DNA of 64,000 nt from Candidatus Bathyarchaeota archaeon (GCA_963717465.1 OY970340.1:2989890-3053889); one strand, 5' to 3'; positions 33,639-46,745 are shown, numbered from the stretch's first letter. The notes: generated from the sequence alone by a model not told the origin. Program-made: numbers and translations.

Positions 33639-33987
33639 TCATTCCACCTTCAATATTGAATAGAGATTATTACAAATCCCAGCCTATAGAGATGATGAAT
33701 GTAAAATACATATTATAAATAGAAAAGAATGCGTAGTCAAACGTTTTCCCCAAGAAAAAAATATTAAATAACGCATGTCACTAAAATTCTTCAATAAATT
33801 CAAGAAAACAAACATTTTCCCTAAAAAAGGCAAAAATAATAGAAAAAAGGGAATGTACTCAACTTTTCTTTTAGGCATAATTTGGACAAATTATTTTCTA
33901 TTTTCCATGATTGTGGCTGTGATTGGTCAATCACATACGATTAAGTATCATCTGATAAATCTCAATATTTCAGTGGAGGTGAAATGT

Positions 33988-34419
33988 TTGGCTGATATTG
34001 TCGATACAGCCATGGCGGCAGGTAATTTTAAAACGCTTATTAAAGCAGTTCAAGCTGCTGATTTGGTGGGAACGTTAAAGAGTGCGGGTCCGTTTACTGT
34101 TTTTGCTCCAACAGATGAAGCTTTTTCGAAATTGCCTCAAGGAACAGTTGAAGGCCTCCTTAAAGATATTCCAAAATTGAAATCGATTCTAACTTATCAC
34201 GTCGTCTCTGGTAAAGTTATGGCTGCTGATGTTGCTAAACTTAAAAATGCCACAACCGTCGAAGGCGAAGAAATCCATATTGACGCTTCAAGATGGCATC
34301 TTCACAGAAACATCAAGGTCAACAACGCCGAAATACTCAAGGCTGATATAATGGCTGACAACGGTGTTATTCACGTGATTAACAAGGTTTTGATGCCGCC
34401 AATGGAAATGAAGCATTAA
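33988..34419 (+). CDS. Fasciclin (FAS1) domain protein
   Basis: [30 protein letters not shown] start after SD GGAGGTGA. Confidence 0.93.
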   Translation: MADIVDTAMAAGNFKTLIKAVQAADLVGTLKSAGPFTVFAPTDEAFSKLPQGTVEGLLKDIPKLKSILTYHVVSGKVMAADVAKLKNATTVEGEEIHIDASRWHLHRNIKVNNAEILKADIMADNGVIHVINKVLMPPMEMKH

Positions 34420-34557
34420 GACTTTTTAAAGACCCAATTGAAAACTTATTTTAAGTAAACATATTTTTCTTTTTATTTTTTCTTAACTTTTTCATAATTT
34501 TCTTCGTAATTTTTCATTAAAAATTTCACTGTAAAGAAAACGAAATATGGCAGTTAT

Positions 34558-34631
34558 CCATGCATAGGCAAAACAACGACACCTTCTTGTAAGATACTCA
34601 CGCAAATATCGCTCAAACACTACCATCGGCC
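34558..34631. repeat. 3' arm of the 23S pre-rRNA processing stem
   Basis: Inverted relative to 37662-37744, including an exact 23-bp CCATGCATAGGCAAAACAACGAC. Confidence 0.85.
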
Positions 34632-37660
<3,029 letters not shown>

Positions 37661-37661
37661 G

Positions 37662-37744
37662 GGCCAATGGTAGTGTTTATTGGCGTTTGGTGAATACCTT
37701 ACATATTTTATTGTGTTTGGCGTCGTTGTTTTGCCTATGCATGG
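37662..37744. repeat. 5' arm of the 23S pre-rRNA processing stem, with a BHB-like bulged region
   Basis: Pairs with 34558-34631. Confidence 0.85.
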
Positions 37745-37848
37745 TGTCATTTTGAGCGAATTTTTTGCTCAGTTCACCCTTCACTCCACATCGTTGCGGG
37801 TGTGGAGTTGCATTTTGGTTGCTGAATTGCATTAGAAGCTTATTACGG

Positions 37849-37868
37849 TAATATAAGTATATCGTTGG
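37849..37868 (-). promoter_or_regulatory. Putative BRE/TATA promoter of the stand-alone 23S gene
   Basis: Minus strand reads CCAACGATATACTTATATTA, about 110 nt upstream of the processing stem. Confidence 0.5.
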
Positions 37869-38059
37869 CGATACTAAAAGATTGTTGAAGATGGCATTTT
37901 TACGGTTGATTGTTCTATTTTGATGGTTTATTGCTTAATGCCTATGTAGAATGGTTTTTGAGTAGCTTACTATTGGAAGAATCATGGATTTAAGGGTAGT
38001 AAGTTTTATTTGCTTAATCCTTCATGTCATGATGTCAAACTAGGCTAGTTTGCTGATGT

Positions 38060-38136
38060 GCCTCGATAGCTCAGCCCGGTAGAGCGGCTGCCTTGTAAGC
38101 AGCAGGCCGCGGGATCAAGGCCCGCTCGAGGCTCCA
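38060..38136 (+). tRNA. tRNA-Thr(UGU), CCA encoded
   Basis: Acceptor GCCTCGA/TCGAGGC; anticodon arm GCTGC-CTTGTAA-GCAGC; T arm GCGGG-ATCAAGG-CCCGC. Confidence 0.96.
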
Positions 38137-38194
38137 CTAATCGAAAGATTGGGTCTACTCCAAATACGGTTATAGTGCTCGATATTGAACTTCA

Positions 38195-38252
38195 GGAAAA
38201 CCCCTGAGAATCTCGGAAAACCCACGAATAACATGGAAAATCTCGGAAAACC
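38195..38252. repeat. Phased GGAAAA boxes; AATCTCGGAAAACC present twice
   Basis: GGAAAA at 38195, 38215, 38235, 38245; 14-mer at 38209 and 38239. Confidence 0.7.
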
Positions 38253-38370
38253 GAATTATACTCAAACCTTCAGCAGAAAATTGCTGCCAGCGTTGACGAG
38301 TCGATGAACTACGTAAAACTTGCAAAAAGGCAGTAAAAGTGATTTTTTTGGATAAGAATCTGCTCGGAAG

Positions 38371-38526
38371 AAACTCCGGAGGAAAAAATTATTTGCTTCC
38401 TCTCTTTGTAGCAACAGACGCACACTGTGCGTGTGTGAATGTTGTATGTTGTGTGTTAGAGTTAATTTGCGGTTGTAGTTGTTAGTAAGTTGTTAGTTTT
38501 TGGTTGGTTGGATTAAAATTTAATCC
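38371..38526 (+). repeat. About 156-bp GT-rich repeat, copy 1, ending in palindrome GGATTAAAATTTAATCC
   Basis: About 90% identical by eye to 46917-47071, with a 56-nt identical core. Confidence 0.92.
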
Positions 38527-38594
38527 AAAAAAAATTACGCTAACTCTCACTCTCATTCTCACACACATAAATACAAACAGGCACACACAATGGA

Positions 38595-38623
38595 GGAGGC
38601 GCACAGGGAGGGAGGCGCACAGG
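38595..38623 (+). repeat. GGAGGCGCACAGG tandem duplication
   Basis: Copies at 38595 and 38611, at the truncation point of the DUF1269 pseudogene. Confidence 0.75.
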
Positions 38624-38624
38624 C

Positions 38625-39105
38625 CTTGACACGTCTCTAGCGTCTTGTTCATGCTCAATGTTCTGAGGCGTTTGACGAAATACAGTTCCGCCAAGCGCAG
38701 CCATCCGCGTGTCAACCGGAGTTGTCCATTCTTCGCTGATGTCTGACACCGTCGCCCATTTCCCAGGCGTTAGTTTAGCTGATACTTCGTCAAGAAACTC
38801 TGCGTCGACCCCAGAACGATGAAGATCCAACATGCCTCCCGCAAAAGTTCCAGTCACGGCACCTATGCCAAAACCGATTGTCCCCCTAAAAGCCCGATTA
38901 AAGCACCGATTGCTGTTCCACTAATTGTGCGGATTGGAAATTCTTCTCCTTTCTCCTTCACGATTACTTTTCCCTCCGAATTCTTTTGTATGACCGCTTA
39001 TGCATGAATAGAAATGCTGCCTTCAGAATCAAGTTCGGCTAGAGCCCTGTAGCCGTTGTAGGCTTTTAGCTCATTATCAAAAACCACTACAACCATTTGC
39101 TCCAA
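38625..39105 (-). pseudogene. Truncated, disrupted paralog of the DUF1269-like gene at 43488-44297
   Basis: Aligns to LDSEGSISIHA...SAKLTPGKW...PVDTRM; in-frame TAA, frameshift, C-terminus lost. Confidence 0.85.
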
Positions 39106-39266
39106 CTAAAAATCTCGACTAAAAATCAACTTAAGAGCTTTTCCCACTGACAATTAGTTTTGGTGAAACAAATAAGTTCAAAAAAATTGCTACTTTTATT
39201 TTTTTAAAAATAATATGCAAAATTTGTTTAGCCATAGCATCACGCTTAGATGCATATTGTGCAGTT

Positions 39267-40169
39267 TCAGGTTTTCAGGCAATTATCAATCAGAAATTTT
39301 GGCGCTTCCATAAGTAGAGATCGGTATTTATTCTCAGGGAGACGCATGCTATTTATTAAATTCTCCGCTGATTTTAGTGATTTTCTTATTTCAACATCGA
39401 ATATGGCTTGAGTATTGATGTTCATTTCTGATAACAATTTTCTAGGAGATAAGCCTTCATTTAAGCCATTAATAAAAGATGTACGCGTGCTAAGGTCTAA
39501 TTCTTTAATAATCCATGGTATAGAAACTATATCTCCTTTTATGCAATCCTTACTGTCGTCAGCTAATTGATAGCCTATTCCAATTTGTTTTCCGTACTCC
39601 CAAAAAAGGTTAGACAAATTTTCTGAAGCTTCAGCCTCCAAGCTTCCTAATTTTGCTGAGCCCGCAAACAAAGCAGCCGTTTTATTTGTAATAATATCGA
39701 AATACTTTTCTTCTCCTGAACGAAGCATAGATTTAAAATTTTTACGATATTCTAAATCATCGATTTCTCCTTCAAGAGATTTTTCCAAAATATCCCAAAA
39801 TGTCTTCATTATTCTCGGGTTGCCTACCGCTTTTTTTAGTCCTAACACGAGCGCCCTTGTTCCAGTAAGAAAGGCATCTTCAATTCCAAACAATTTATAA
39901 TAACACAGTTTATCTCTTCTTTCTATATCGCCATCCATAATATCATCATAAACAAGGCTTGTTGAATGCTGGAGCTCAATTGCGACTGCAAGATCCAGCA
40001 TATTAATATAGTTTTTTTCTATACCTCCGCAGGCTCTAAAGGTAAGCAAACAAAGCAGCGGCCTTAACCTTTTGCCGTTTTGTACAAAATATTCTATTTT
40101 TCTTTTTCTGTCATATTTGCGTAAGTAATAATTAAGCCTTTTTTCAATGTCCCCTCTAGGCAGATTCAA
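39267..40169 (-). CDS. Trans-isoprenyl diphosphate synthase (polyprenyl synthetase family)
   Basis: GKRLRP, FARM YDDIMDGD..RR, KTAALF, SARM QLADDSKD. Confidence 0.9.
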   Translation of the reverse strand: MNLPRGDIEKRLNYYLRKYDRKRKIEYFVQNGKRLRPLLCLLTFRACGGIEKNYINMLDLAVAIELQHSTSLVYDDIMDGDIERRDKLCYYKLFGIEDAFLTGTRALVLGLKKAVGNPRIMKTFWDILEKSLEGEIDDLEYRKNFKSMLRSGEEKYFDIITNKTAALFAGSAKLGSLEAEASENLSNLFWEYGKQIGIGYQLADDSKDCIKGDIVSIPWIIKELDLSTRTSFINGLNEGLSPRKLLSEMNINTQAIFDVEIRKSLKSAENLINSMRLPENKYRSLLMEAPKFLIDNCLKT

Positions 40170-40602
40170 AAAAACTGTCCAAATCCATAATATGACACTT
40201 CAATCGATTACATTCGTAAAACTTCGACGAGGCAATCTACATTGAATACTTATTATCCAGAGGAATAATAAGGTTGCACTTCTACAGCCCGTATCAATTT
40301 AATGAAATTTAGGATCATTTAAAGGAGCAATTTTCTATTACTTTTTGTCCTCTCGCATTATGCTTTATTTTATGAGGAGTTATTTTTTGTTAATTTTTAC
40401 CCCTCGCAGTTGAGTTAGAGGTCGCCATTTTAAGAAATATCCACTTGGCAAATATAATGTTGGAGGTATGGTGGAAATATACTAATCGGCACTAACGCGT
40501 TTTGGGTTCGTATCAATTGTCCAGCCGAAATTGCAGTTATTACTTTGAAGGGAAATAACTGCTGTGGCAGTGAATGTTAAGCGAGCGAGCGCTTTTGAGC
40601 TT

Positions 40603-41199
40603 TTAATAAAGCAAGAAAGCGACCACTGTTAGAATAATGCTTGGGATGAAAACTAAAGCCCAAAGTATCTTGTTATAAGTAAAAACTTTACGTCCATCCA
40701 AATCTCCAACAGGAATTAGATTAAAGGCTGCTATCCAACCGTTGATGTAAGCGACAAAAAACAGCATCAGACCATACGCGCTTGGATATAAAACAAACGC
40801 CAATCCAGAGAAGACACCTGATAAAATGAGGTTAGTGAGGGGTCCAGCAATAGAAATTTGGACAATTTGATCAGCATCAGGTGAACCACCAATCATCATC
40901 ACACCTGGCGCAATTATCCTAAACGGCAAAAATATGGAAATAAAAGTCAAGACTACGCCCCAAGTTGTTAACCGGAATTCTGCCCATAAACCGTTCTTAT
41001 TAGCCATAACTTTATGCATAAGCTCATGCAACAAAAAAGATGCTGTCATAAGAAACGCGAAAGCAGCCATAAGATCCCAAGTCCACGTAAAATCGAAATC
41101 TCCGAAATAGTTTCCAAACAACCCGATAGAGAAGCCAATAGCGATAACGAGCAGCGCCGCAACGATTACGTTTCGTATCTCTTTATAGCTAAAGGACAC
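40603..41199 (-). CDS. M50 family (site-2) intramembrane protease
   Basis: HELMH, AGPLTN, FNLIPVGDLDG. Confidence 0.9.
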   Translation of the reverse strand: MSFSYKEIRNVIVAALLVIAIGFSIGLFGNYFGDFDFTWTWDLMAAFAFLMTASFLLHELMHKVMANKNGLWAEFRLTTWGVVLTFISIFLPFRIIAPGVMMIGGSPDADQIVQISIAGPLTNLILSGVFSGLAFVLYPSAYGLMLFFVAYINGWIAAFNLIPVGDLDGRKVFTYNKILWALVFIPSIILTVVAFLLY

Positions 41200-41428
41200 C
41201 TCTCATGCCTCGATTGCTAACACACGCTGCTCCAAAATATTCAGCATCAGTATTTTTAAAATCATTTCTCTCACTTTTGGTATTTTTAAAAATATTTCTC
41301 TCAATTTTTTATGTTTAACCAATTATTAAGACCTAGCTTCCACATTTTTTCTCACGCTTCATACGTCATTCTTGAACAATACTTTCCCAAGAAGGCCAAA
41401 AATTTAATTTCATATTATTTTATTTGAA

Positions 41429-43267
41429 CTATTTTGAAGTGAAGGTTATGGTGAATTCTGTACCTTTGCCAACTTGGCTTTCAAAAGTAACTGTTCCCCC
41501 AAGTGCTTCTGTCATGCGTTTAATAACGGCTAAGCCAAATCCCTGCCCTTTAGATCGCGTCGTGAACAAGGGCGTGAACAGTTTAGGTTTAATCTCGTCA
41601 GGGATACCTGCGCCATTATCCTGCACAGATATGGCCAAAGCTGATCCTTCGCGATATGCATTCATAGAAAGTTTTCCGCCTTCTGGCATCGCTTGAACAG
41701 CATTATTCACCAGATTAATTAGTATGCGTTTAAGCATGTCAGGATCAGTAAATAGCTTGTTTGCCCCTGCCTCAACTTTTCGAGACACCTCAATGTTTTC
41801 TGGAATGACATTTTTAGATAGTATATCGTCAAATATTGATTCGATGTCAGTTTCCGTTATAGTTGGCTCAAACACTCTAGCGTAATCCTGCAGGTCAGCA
41901 ACAATCTTATCTACATAATCTAAATTCTTTTGAATACTATTCAAACTCTCTTTTATGCTCACTTTTGCATTACATTCAGGTATCAATTCTAAATCAGAGT
42001 TTGCCAAGTAAACATCGCCAGTCATTGCTTGCAGAGGATTGCGAATATCATGACCAACCATACCTGCAGTCTGACCTATTGTTGATAAGCGCTTATCGTT
42101 TTCTTGCTCAGTTTTATCCTCAATAATGTAAATTATTCCTCTTGGAGAAGGATAAGCAGAAATTTCAAAAATCACCTGTTTACCATTTTCCCTACTAATA
42201 GTATTTAACATAAAATGAATAGCCTCCCCTTTCTGCAAAACCTCAAAGTAAGGCTTAATATCCACCGCCAGCGTTTCGAGTAAAACATCGTTAACACTTT
42301 TGCCTAAAGCATCTTGCGCCTTCATTTTTGTTAGTTTTTCTGCGACTTTATTCCAATGAATAACGTTAAGCTCCCAATCAGTAGCAATGAAAGCTCCACC
42401 AAAACTCTCGTAAAGATCTCGATAACTTTGTTCGCTCTCAACGATTTTCTTGTTGCGATCTTCAAGTGCCTCTTCAGCTTTCTTGCGTTCTGTTATGTCT
42501 CTAAATAAAATGCCGACTTGGCCTTTCGCAAAAGGAAAAATATGAGCATCATACCACCTGCCCGTATGCTGGCTAAAACTCTCATAACGTACCATCTCAC
42601 CTATCTTAACGACCTTACCAATTAGCGATTTCCATTCTGTCTCAAAAATCCCTGCAATTTCTTTTGCCATTTTACCCTCAACAATGGCAGCGCTTGTACC
42701 AGTTTGGCGCTCATACGCAGGATTAACCTTCAAAAACCTAAAATCACACACTCCGCCACTTTGGTCGTAAATTGGCTCAAGCAGAATAAAACCATCAATA
42801 CTGTTATTAAACAACGCTTTGTACAGCTGTTCACTTTCTTTAATCGCGTTCTCAGCCTTCTTGAGTTCAGTTATATTTTGGGCAAAAACTAAAAGAGAAT
42901 CAGGTTTGTTGTTCTTAAAAATCACTCCGGCATTAAATAGTCCCCAAGAGACTTGGCCATTCTTTGTTTCTACTTTTAGCTCAGCTTTAAGATTCCTTTT
43001 CCCAGGTAACGCTTCCTTGAAACCTTCTTGAAAGTTGTTTTTACTTTCACCAACTAATATTTCATCTAAAAGATTCATTTTGAGAAGTTCTTCTTTTGAA
43101 TAACCCAAAAATTTACTTACCATTGAATTTGCATTTCTAAGCTTTGAGCCGTCAAGACTAACTTCGAAGATTGCAATAGGTGTATCTTTTATAATTTGCC
43201 AAAATGTTTCTTCACTTTCCATTTGGAGATTCTCTTGCTCCTTCGCCTGTTTTCGTGTGAACCTCAA
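41429..43267 (-). CDS. Cytoplasmic multi-PAS sensor histidine kinase
   Basis: Three PAS-like repeats, GHDIRNPL, NAVQA, DNGAGI, GQGFGL. Confidence 0.93.
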   Translation of the reverse strand: MRFTRKQAKEQENLQMESEETFWQIIKDTPIAIFEVSLDGSKLRNANSMVSKFLGYSKEELLKMNLLDEILVGESKNNFQEGFKEALPGKRNLKAELKVETKNGQVSWGLFNAGVIFKNNKPDSLLVFAQNITELKKAENAIKESEQLYKALFNNSIDGFILLEPIYDQSGGVCDFRFLKVNPAYERQTGTSAAIVEGKMAKEIAGIFETEWKSLIGKVVKIGEMVRYESFSQHTGRWYDAHIFPFAKGQVGILFRDITERKKAEEALEDRNKKIVESEQSYRDLYESFGGAFIATDWELNVIHWNKVAEKLTKMKAQDALGKSVNDVLLETLAVDIKPYFEVLQKGEAIHFMLNTISRENGKQVIFEISAYPSPRGIIYIIEDKTEQENDKRLSTIGQTAGMVGHDIRNPLQAMTGDVYLANSDLELIPECNAKVSIKESLNSIQKNLDYVDKIVADLQDYARVFEPTITETDIESIFDDILSKNVIPENIEVSRKVEAGANKLFTDPDMLKRILINLVNNAVQAMPEGGKLSMNAYREGSALAISVQDNGAGIPDEIKPKLFTPLFTTRSKGQGFGLAVIKRMTEALGGTVTFESQVGKGTEFTITFTSK

Positions 43268-43317
43268 AAAAAATAGTTATTCCTTAACGCGCGTGACGAC
43301 AAGATTGGTGGATCCCG

Positions 43318-43430
43318 CTTTGGGTTAGCTGCAGTTAAATGATTCACGGAGGCGAGGGCTGATCCATCTCGCTTGAGAGTGAAGCTGGGAAAGGAACTAA
43401 ATTCATAGTCGAATTACCATCTAAAAATTA
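43318..43430 (+). pseudogene. Remnant of a histidine-kinase C-terminus
   Basis: Reads FGLAAVK*FTEA then, after a shift, ISLESEAGKGTKFIVELPSKN*. Confidence 0.65.
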
Positions 43431-43487
43431 AGTTGAAGGCCAACAAGCCAGTTATTACCTCTAAGTCGCGGATCCAACCCGGCTGTT

Positions 43488-44297
43488 TTAATCCGTTCGC
43501 GTAAACTCTTCTTCATTGAATAACTTGTCTAAGTCTTCTGAGGACTTTCTCAAACTTTCTTTGATGTCGGCGATTCGTGCTTCAAAAGCCGCCTTCCTTT
43601 CACCCGTAGCCTTTGACGCTTTCTTTTCTAAAGCCTCCACTTTAGCGTTGGCTTCTTTCTTCTGCTGCTCTGACCTCTGCTTTGCCTGCTCTAACTTAGC
43701 ATGCCGCTTCTCCTGCAAGTTATGAATCTTAGTCTGAAGCTTGGCTTTTTGGTCTGCTCGTGACTTAGCTTCCTCTGCCTTCAATTGTGCAATATCCGCT
43801 TTTAAATCTGCCACATCCTTAGCGTATTGTTCATGTTCAACGTGCCTTCGTGTAGTGCGAAATACAGTGCCGCCCAGCACTTCCATTCGGGTATCGACTG
43901 GAGTAACCCAATCCTCACTGATTTCTGAAACTATCGCCCACTTGCCAGGCGTAAGTTTAGCAGATACGTCATTAAGGAAATCTGCATTGACTTCTGCCCG
44001 GTCTATCTCCCAGGTACCTCCAACGAAAGTTCCAGCTACAGCGCCAACGGCCACACCGATTGGTCCCCCTAGAAGTCCGATCAAAGCGCCAATTGTCGTT
44101 CCACCAAATGTACGAATCGGAAAATCGTCTTCTTTCTGCTTTACAGTAACCGTGCCATCATCATTTTTCTTTATTACAGCTTCAGCGTGAACAGAAATGC
44201 TCCCTTCAGAATCAAGTGCCTTTAGCGCTCTAGATCCATCATATGCTTTCAACTCGTTTTCAAAAACTACAACCAACATTCTTTCCGTAAAATTCAC
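43488..44297 (-). CDS. DUF1269-like glycine-zipper membrane protein with coiled-coil tail
   Basis: GALIGLLGGPIGVAVGAVAG; LTPG; heptad-rich C-terminus. Confidence 0.8.
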   Translation of the reverse strand: MNFTERMLVVVFENELKAYDGSRALKALDSEGSISVHAEAVIKKNDDGTVTVKQKEDDFPIRTFGGTTIGALIGLLGGPIGVAVGAVAGTFVGGTWEIDRAEVNADFLNDVSAKLTPGKWAIVSEISEDWVTPVDTRMEVLGGTVFRTTRRHVEHEQYAKDVADLKADIAQLKAEEAKSRADQKAKLQTKIHNLQEKRHAKLEQAKQRSEQQKKEANAKVEALEKKASKATGERKAAFEARIADIKESLRKSSEDLDKLFNEEEFTRTD

Positions 44298-44352
44298 CTT
44301 TAAAAATTAAGTTTCACCTTTAAATTAAGTGAACACTTTAAATTAAGGTGAA
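44293..44352. repeat. Three tandem CACCTTTAAATTAAG-like units
   Basis: Units at about 44293, 44313 and 44334; the end AATTAAGGTGAA is inverted relative to the unit. Confidence 0.7.
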
Positions 44353-44435
44353 GAAAAAGATATACGTTTCTCTTTCTACAGCGCGCGAAAACACATGTAC
44401 GCTACAAAATGGAGCGAGTTTAATCGCCACAAGTC

Positions 44436-44960
44436 TCACCTTTTGTGTTCGAGATTGTATTTGGCCATTAACTTTTTGTTTCGTGCTTCTATTTCGGCTT
44501 TTCTCTTTTCTAACTCTTGTTTAATCTTATCTTCGTCTAAGAACTCTTCTAAGAACTCCTTCAAGTTTTCATGCATTTTTTTGGCTGGCACTCTTAAATG
44601 CTCTGTTGTCTGCGTGCTAGGTTGAAGGTAACCGTGTTCTGTCAGGTAAAAGATAACGCTTGAAATGTCCTCCGCTACCGCGCAATTAATGGAATCCTTG
44701 CCTAACTCTTTATAGGCATAATATCTATGATGGCCATCTAAAACGGCATATGCGTCTTGCCGTGGATGTTTCACAACAACTATGGGATCTATCGCTTCGT
44801 TCGCCTCAATTTTTTTCTTGTAAAATTCAACACCTTGTCTGAAAACTTTTGTATCAGCAATTATCTTATCAATGGCAATGGTTCTCGCGTATCTGTGCGG
44901 ATTGATCAAAACATCTGGGTTAAACTGTTCTCGCTCACCTTTCTTTCTTCTATCCATCAA
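44436..44960 (-). CDS. Stand-alone ParB/Sulfiredoxin-like domain protein
   Basis: PIVVV...YAVLDGHHRY; no HTH. Confidence 0.8.
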   Translation of the reverse strand: MMDRRKKGEREQFNPDVLINPHRYARTIAIDKIIADTKVFRQGVEFYKKKIEANEAIDPIVVVKHPRQDAYAVLDGHHRYYAYKELGKDSINCAVAEDISSVIFYLTEHGYLQPSTQTTEHLRVPAKKMHENLKEFLEEFLDEDKIKQELEKRKAEIEARNKKLMAKYNLEHKR

Positions 44961-45284
44961 GGTCAGCGCATCTTTCCTAACAATATCAATAAAATCCGTT
45001 GTGATATCAAGAGCACCTCAAGGATATTTTGCCTATCAGTAATATCTAGTTTTCTTTGCTTGGACAGTAAAATAGAAGGCGTGCGCTCTGTGTTCAAACC
45101 ATTTCCGAGGTATCAAGCGATCTCACTTTTTATTTAAAGAAAAAAACACCATAAGATAAAGACTCATCAATTTGGACTCACGCGTCATGACGCGATCAGG
45201 AAAAAACTTCCTCGAACATTTGAATCAAAAATTTATTATTTTTCAATAAGCTAAACTACTATCTTGACAAGAGAGTGAATACTT

Positions 45285-45971
45285 GTGAGCAACGAAACAA
45301 ACTATTTTCACCATGGCTTTTGGTACTATTTACTTTTCGGATTATTGATTTTCGTTGTTTTTATGTTAATATTTACAGGCATAATAAGCATAGTTGCATT
45401 TACACCATTTGCCATCCTGATCATATTGGTTGCCTGCCTAATTGGAAGCTTCATTAACATTCCATTGTTTAGGATCAGATCCAAAACACCCATGGTGAGA
45501 GAAGAATACGTAAGGTGGTTTGGCATCCCTTACCGAGTTCCAAGAGTTTCGTATGAAGAAACATCCACTAAAGTGGCCATTAATGTTGGAGGCGCACTAA
45601 TACCAATATCTATGAGCATCTATCTTCTCAGCATCTCCTCAGCATCCACCATCCTGTTAAGTTTTGCAGGCGTATTAATAGTAACAGTGGTAACATATTT
45701 AGTAGCTCGACCGGTCAAAGGAGTGGGAATAGTCACACCTGGACTCGTTTCTGCTATCGCTGCAGCATTTACGGCTGTGGTGCTTTCTCCTGCTCAACCA
45801 GAAATCATTGCTTACGTTGGAGGCACGCTTGGAACGCTCATAGGCGCTGACCTGTTGAATTTAGGAAAAATCCCTGAGCTTGGGGCTCCAGTTGCAAGCA
45901 TTGGCGGGGCAGGCACTTTTGATGGTGTGTTTTTAACAGGAATAATCGCCGTGATTATAGCAACATTGTAG
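45285..45971 (+). CDS. DUF1614 family membrane protein
   Basis: GSFINIP, AINVGGALIP, SIGGAGTFDGVFL. Confidence 0.88.
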   Translation: MSNETNYFHHGFWYYLLFGLLIFVVFMLIFTGIISIVAFTPFAILIILVACLIGSFINIPLFRIRSKTPMVREEYVRWFGIPYRVPRVSYEETSTKVAINVGGALIPISMSIYLLSISSASTILLSFAGVLIVTVVTYLVARPVKGVGIVTPGLVSAIAAAFTAVVLSPAQPEIIAYVGGTLGTLIGADLLNLGKIPELGAPVASIGGAGTFDGVFLTGIIAVIIATL

Positions 45972-46079
45972 AATAACATAGCTTGCCACTGAGAATCGAA
46001 ACTAAAAACGCACGCTTTAAATGCTTAAAACTATATTGCGCTTGCGACAAACTGTACCTTCAACTTTGGGGCTAGAACT

Positions 46080-46703
46080 ATGGCTGAAGAAAAAGAGTGG
46101 TCAACGCCGAAATCCCGCATCGAATCGCTTTCCGACTTGATTTTCGGGTTAGCTCTATCTATAGGCGCCCTCGCTCTTATCGGTAGCGCGCCAAATAGCT
46201 TTGAGAATTTGCTTAAATCCATTGTTTACTTTGCATTTAGCTTTCTCATACTCATCAGTGTCTGGTACGCCTACACTCGAACCATGTCAAACGTACGTAT
46301 AGAAACACGCAGTGATGTTGAACTCAACATTGTTCTGCTTTTCCTGGTGTCGATCGAACCTTTTCTTTTCAACGAACTAGTCGTTCCGAATCTTCCTGCA
46401 GAATACGTTTCCATACTTTACGCTTTAGATCTCGGCGGATTATTTGTGATCCAAGCGCTCTTCGCTAACTCGATTTTAGCAGACAAGAACAGACCGGAAA
46501 AACTGCTCCGAGAATACGCGGCACGAAGAAATGCTGCGATAACAGGTGGAGTAATCTTCTTCATTTCAACGTTGCCGATCTTTTGGAGTTGGTCGATACC
46601 GATAAACAGCCAAACGCACATCCCCTTGCGGTTTATAATGTGGATAGCGCCGCTTTTCGCACACAACATCCGACGTTTATGGGAGCCACGCACATTAGAT
46701 TGA
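46080..46703 (+). CDS. TMEM175/DUF1211 family channel
   Basis: RIESLSDLIFG TM1 motif; 6 TM segments. Confidence 0.8.
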   Translation: MAEEKEWSTPKSRIESLSDLIFGLALSIGALALIGSAPNSFENLLKSIVYFAFSFLILISVWYAYTRTMSNVRIETRSDVELNIVLLFLVSIEPFLFNELVVPNLPAEYVSILYALDLGGLFVIQALFANSILADKNRPEKLLREYAARRNAAITGGVIFFISTLPIFWSWSIPINSQTHIPLRFIMWIAPLFAHNIRRLWEPRTLD

Positions 46704-46718
46704 TGACCTAGTGCGCTT

Positions 46719-46745
46719 AGATTAAAATTTAATCCCCAAACCAAC
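46719..46745. repeat. 17-bp palindrome copy AGATTAAAATTTAATCC with a C-rich flank
   Basis: 16/17 match to 38510-38526. Confidence 0.8.

Noticed and set aside
33775..33987. N-terminal extension of the fasciclin ORF
   Set aside because: AT-rich intergenic sequence; a strong SD precedes TTG at 33988.
38371..38526. CRISPR array or replication origin
   Set aside because: No regular repeat-spacer period and no cas genes. TCCGGAGGAAA only faintly resembles a mini-ORB, and no cdc6 is nearby.
45181..45194. Perfect palindrome CGCGTCATGACGCG as a parS site
   Set aside because: Single copy; a few 14-bp palindromes are expected by chance in 64 kb, and the nearby ParB-like protein lacks an HTH.
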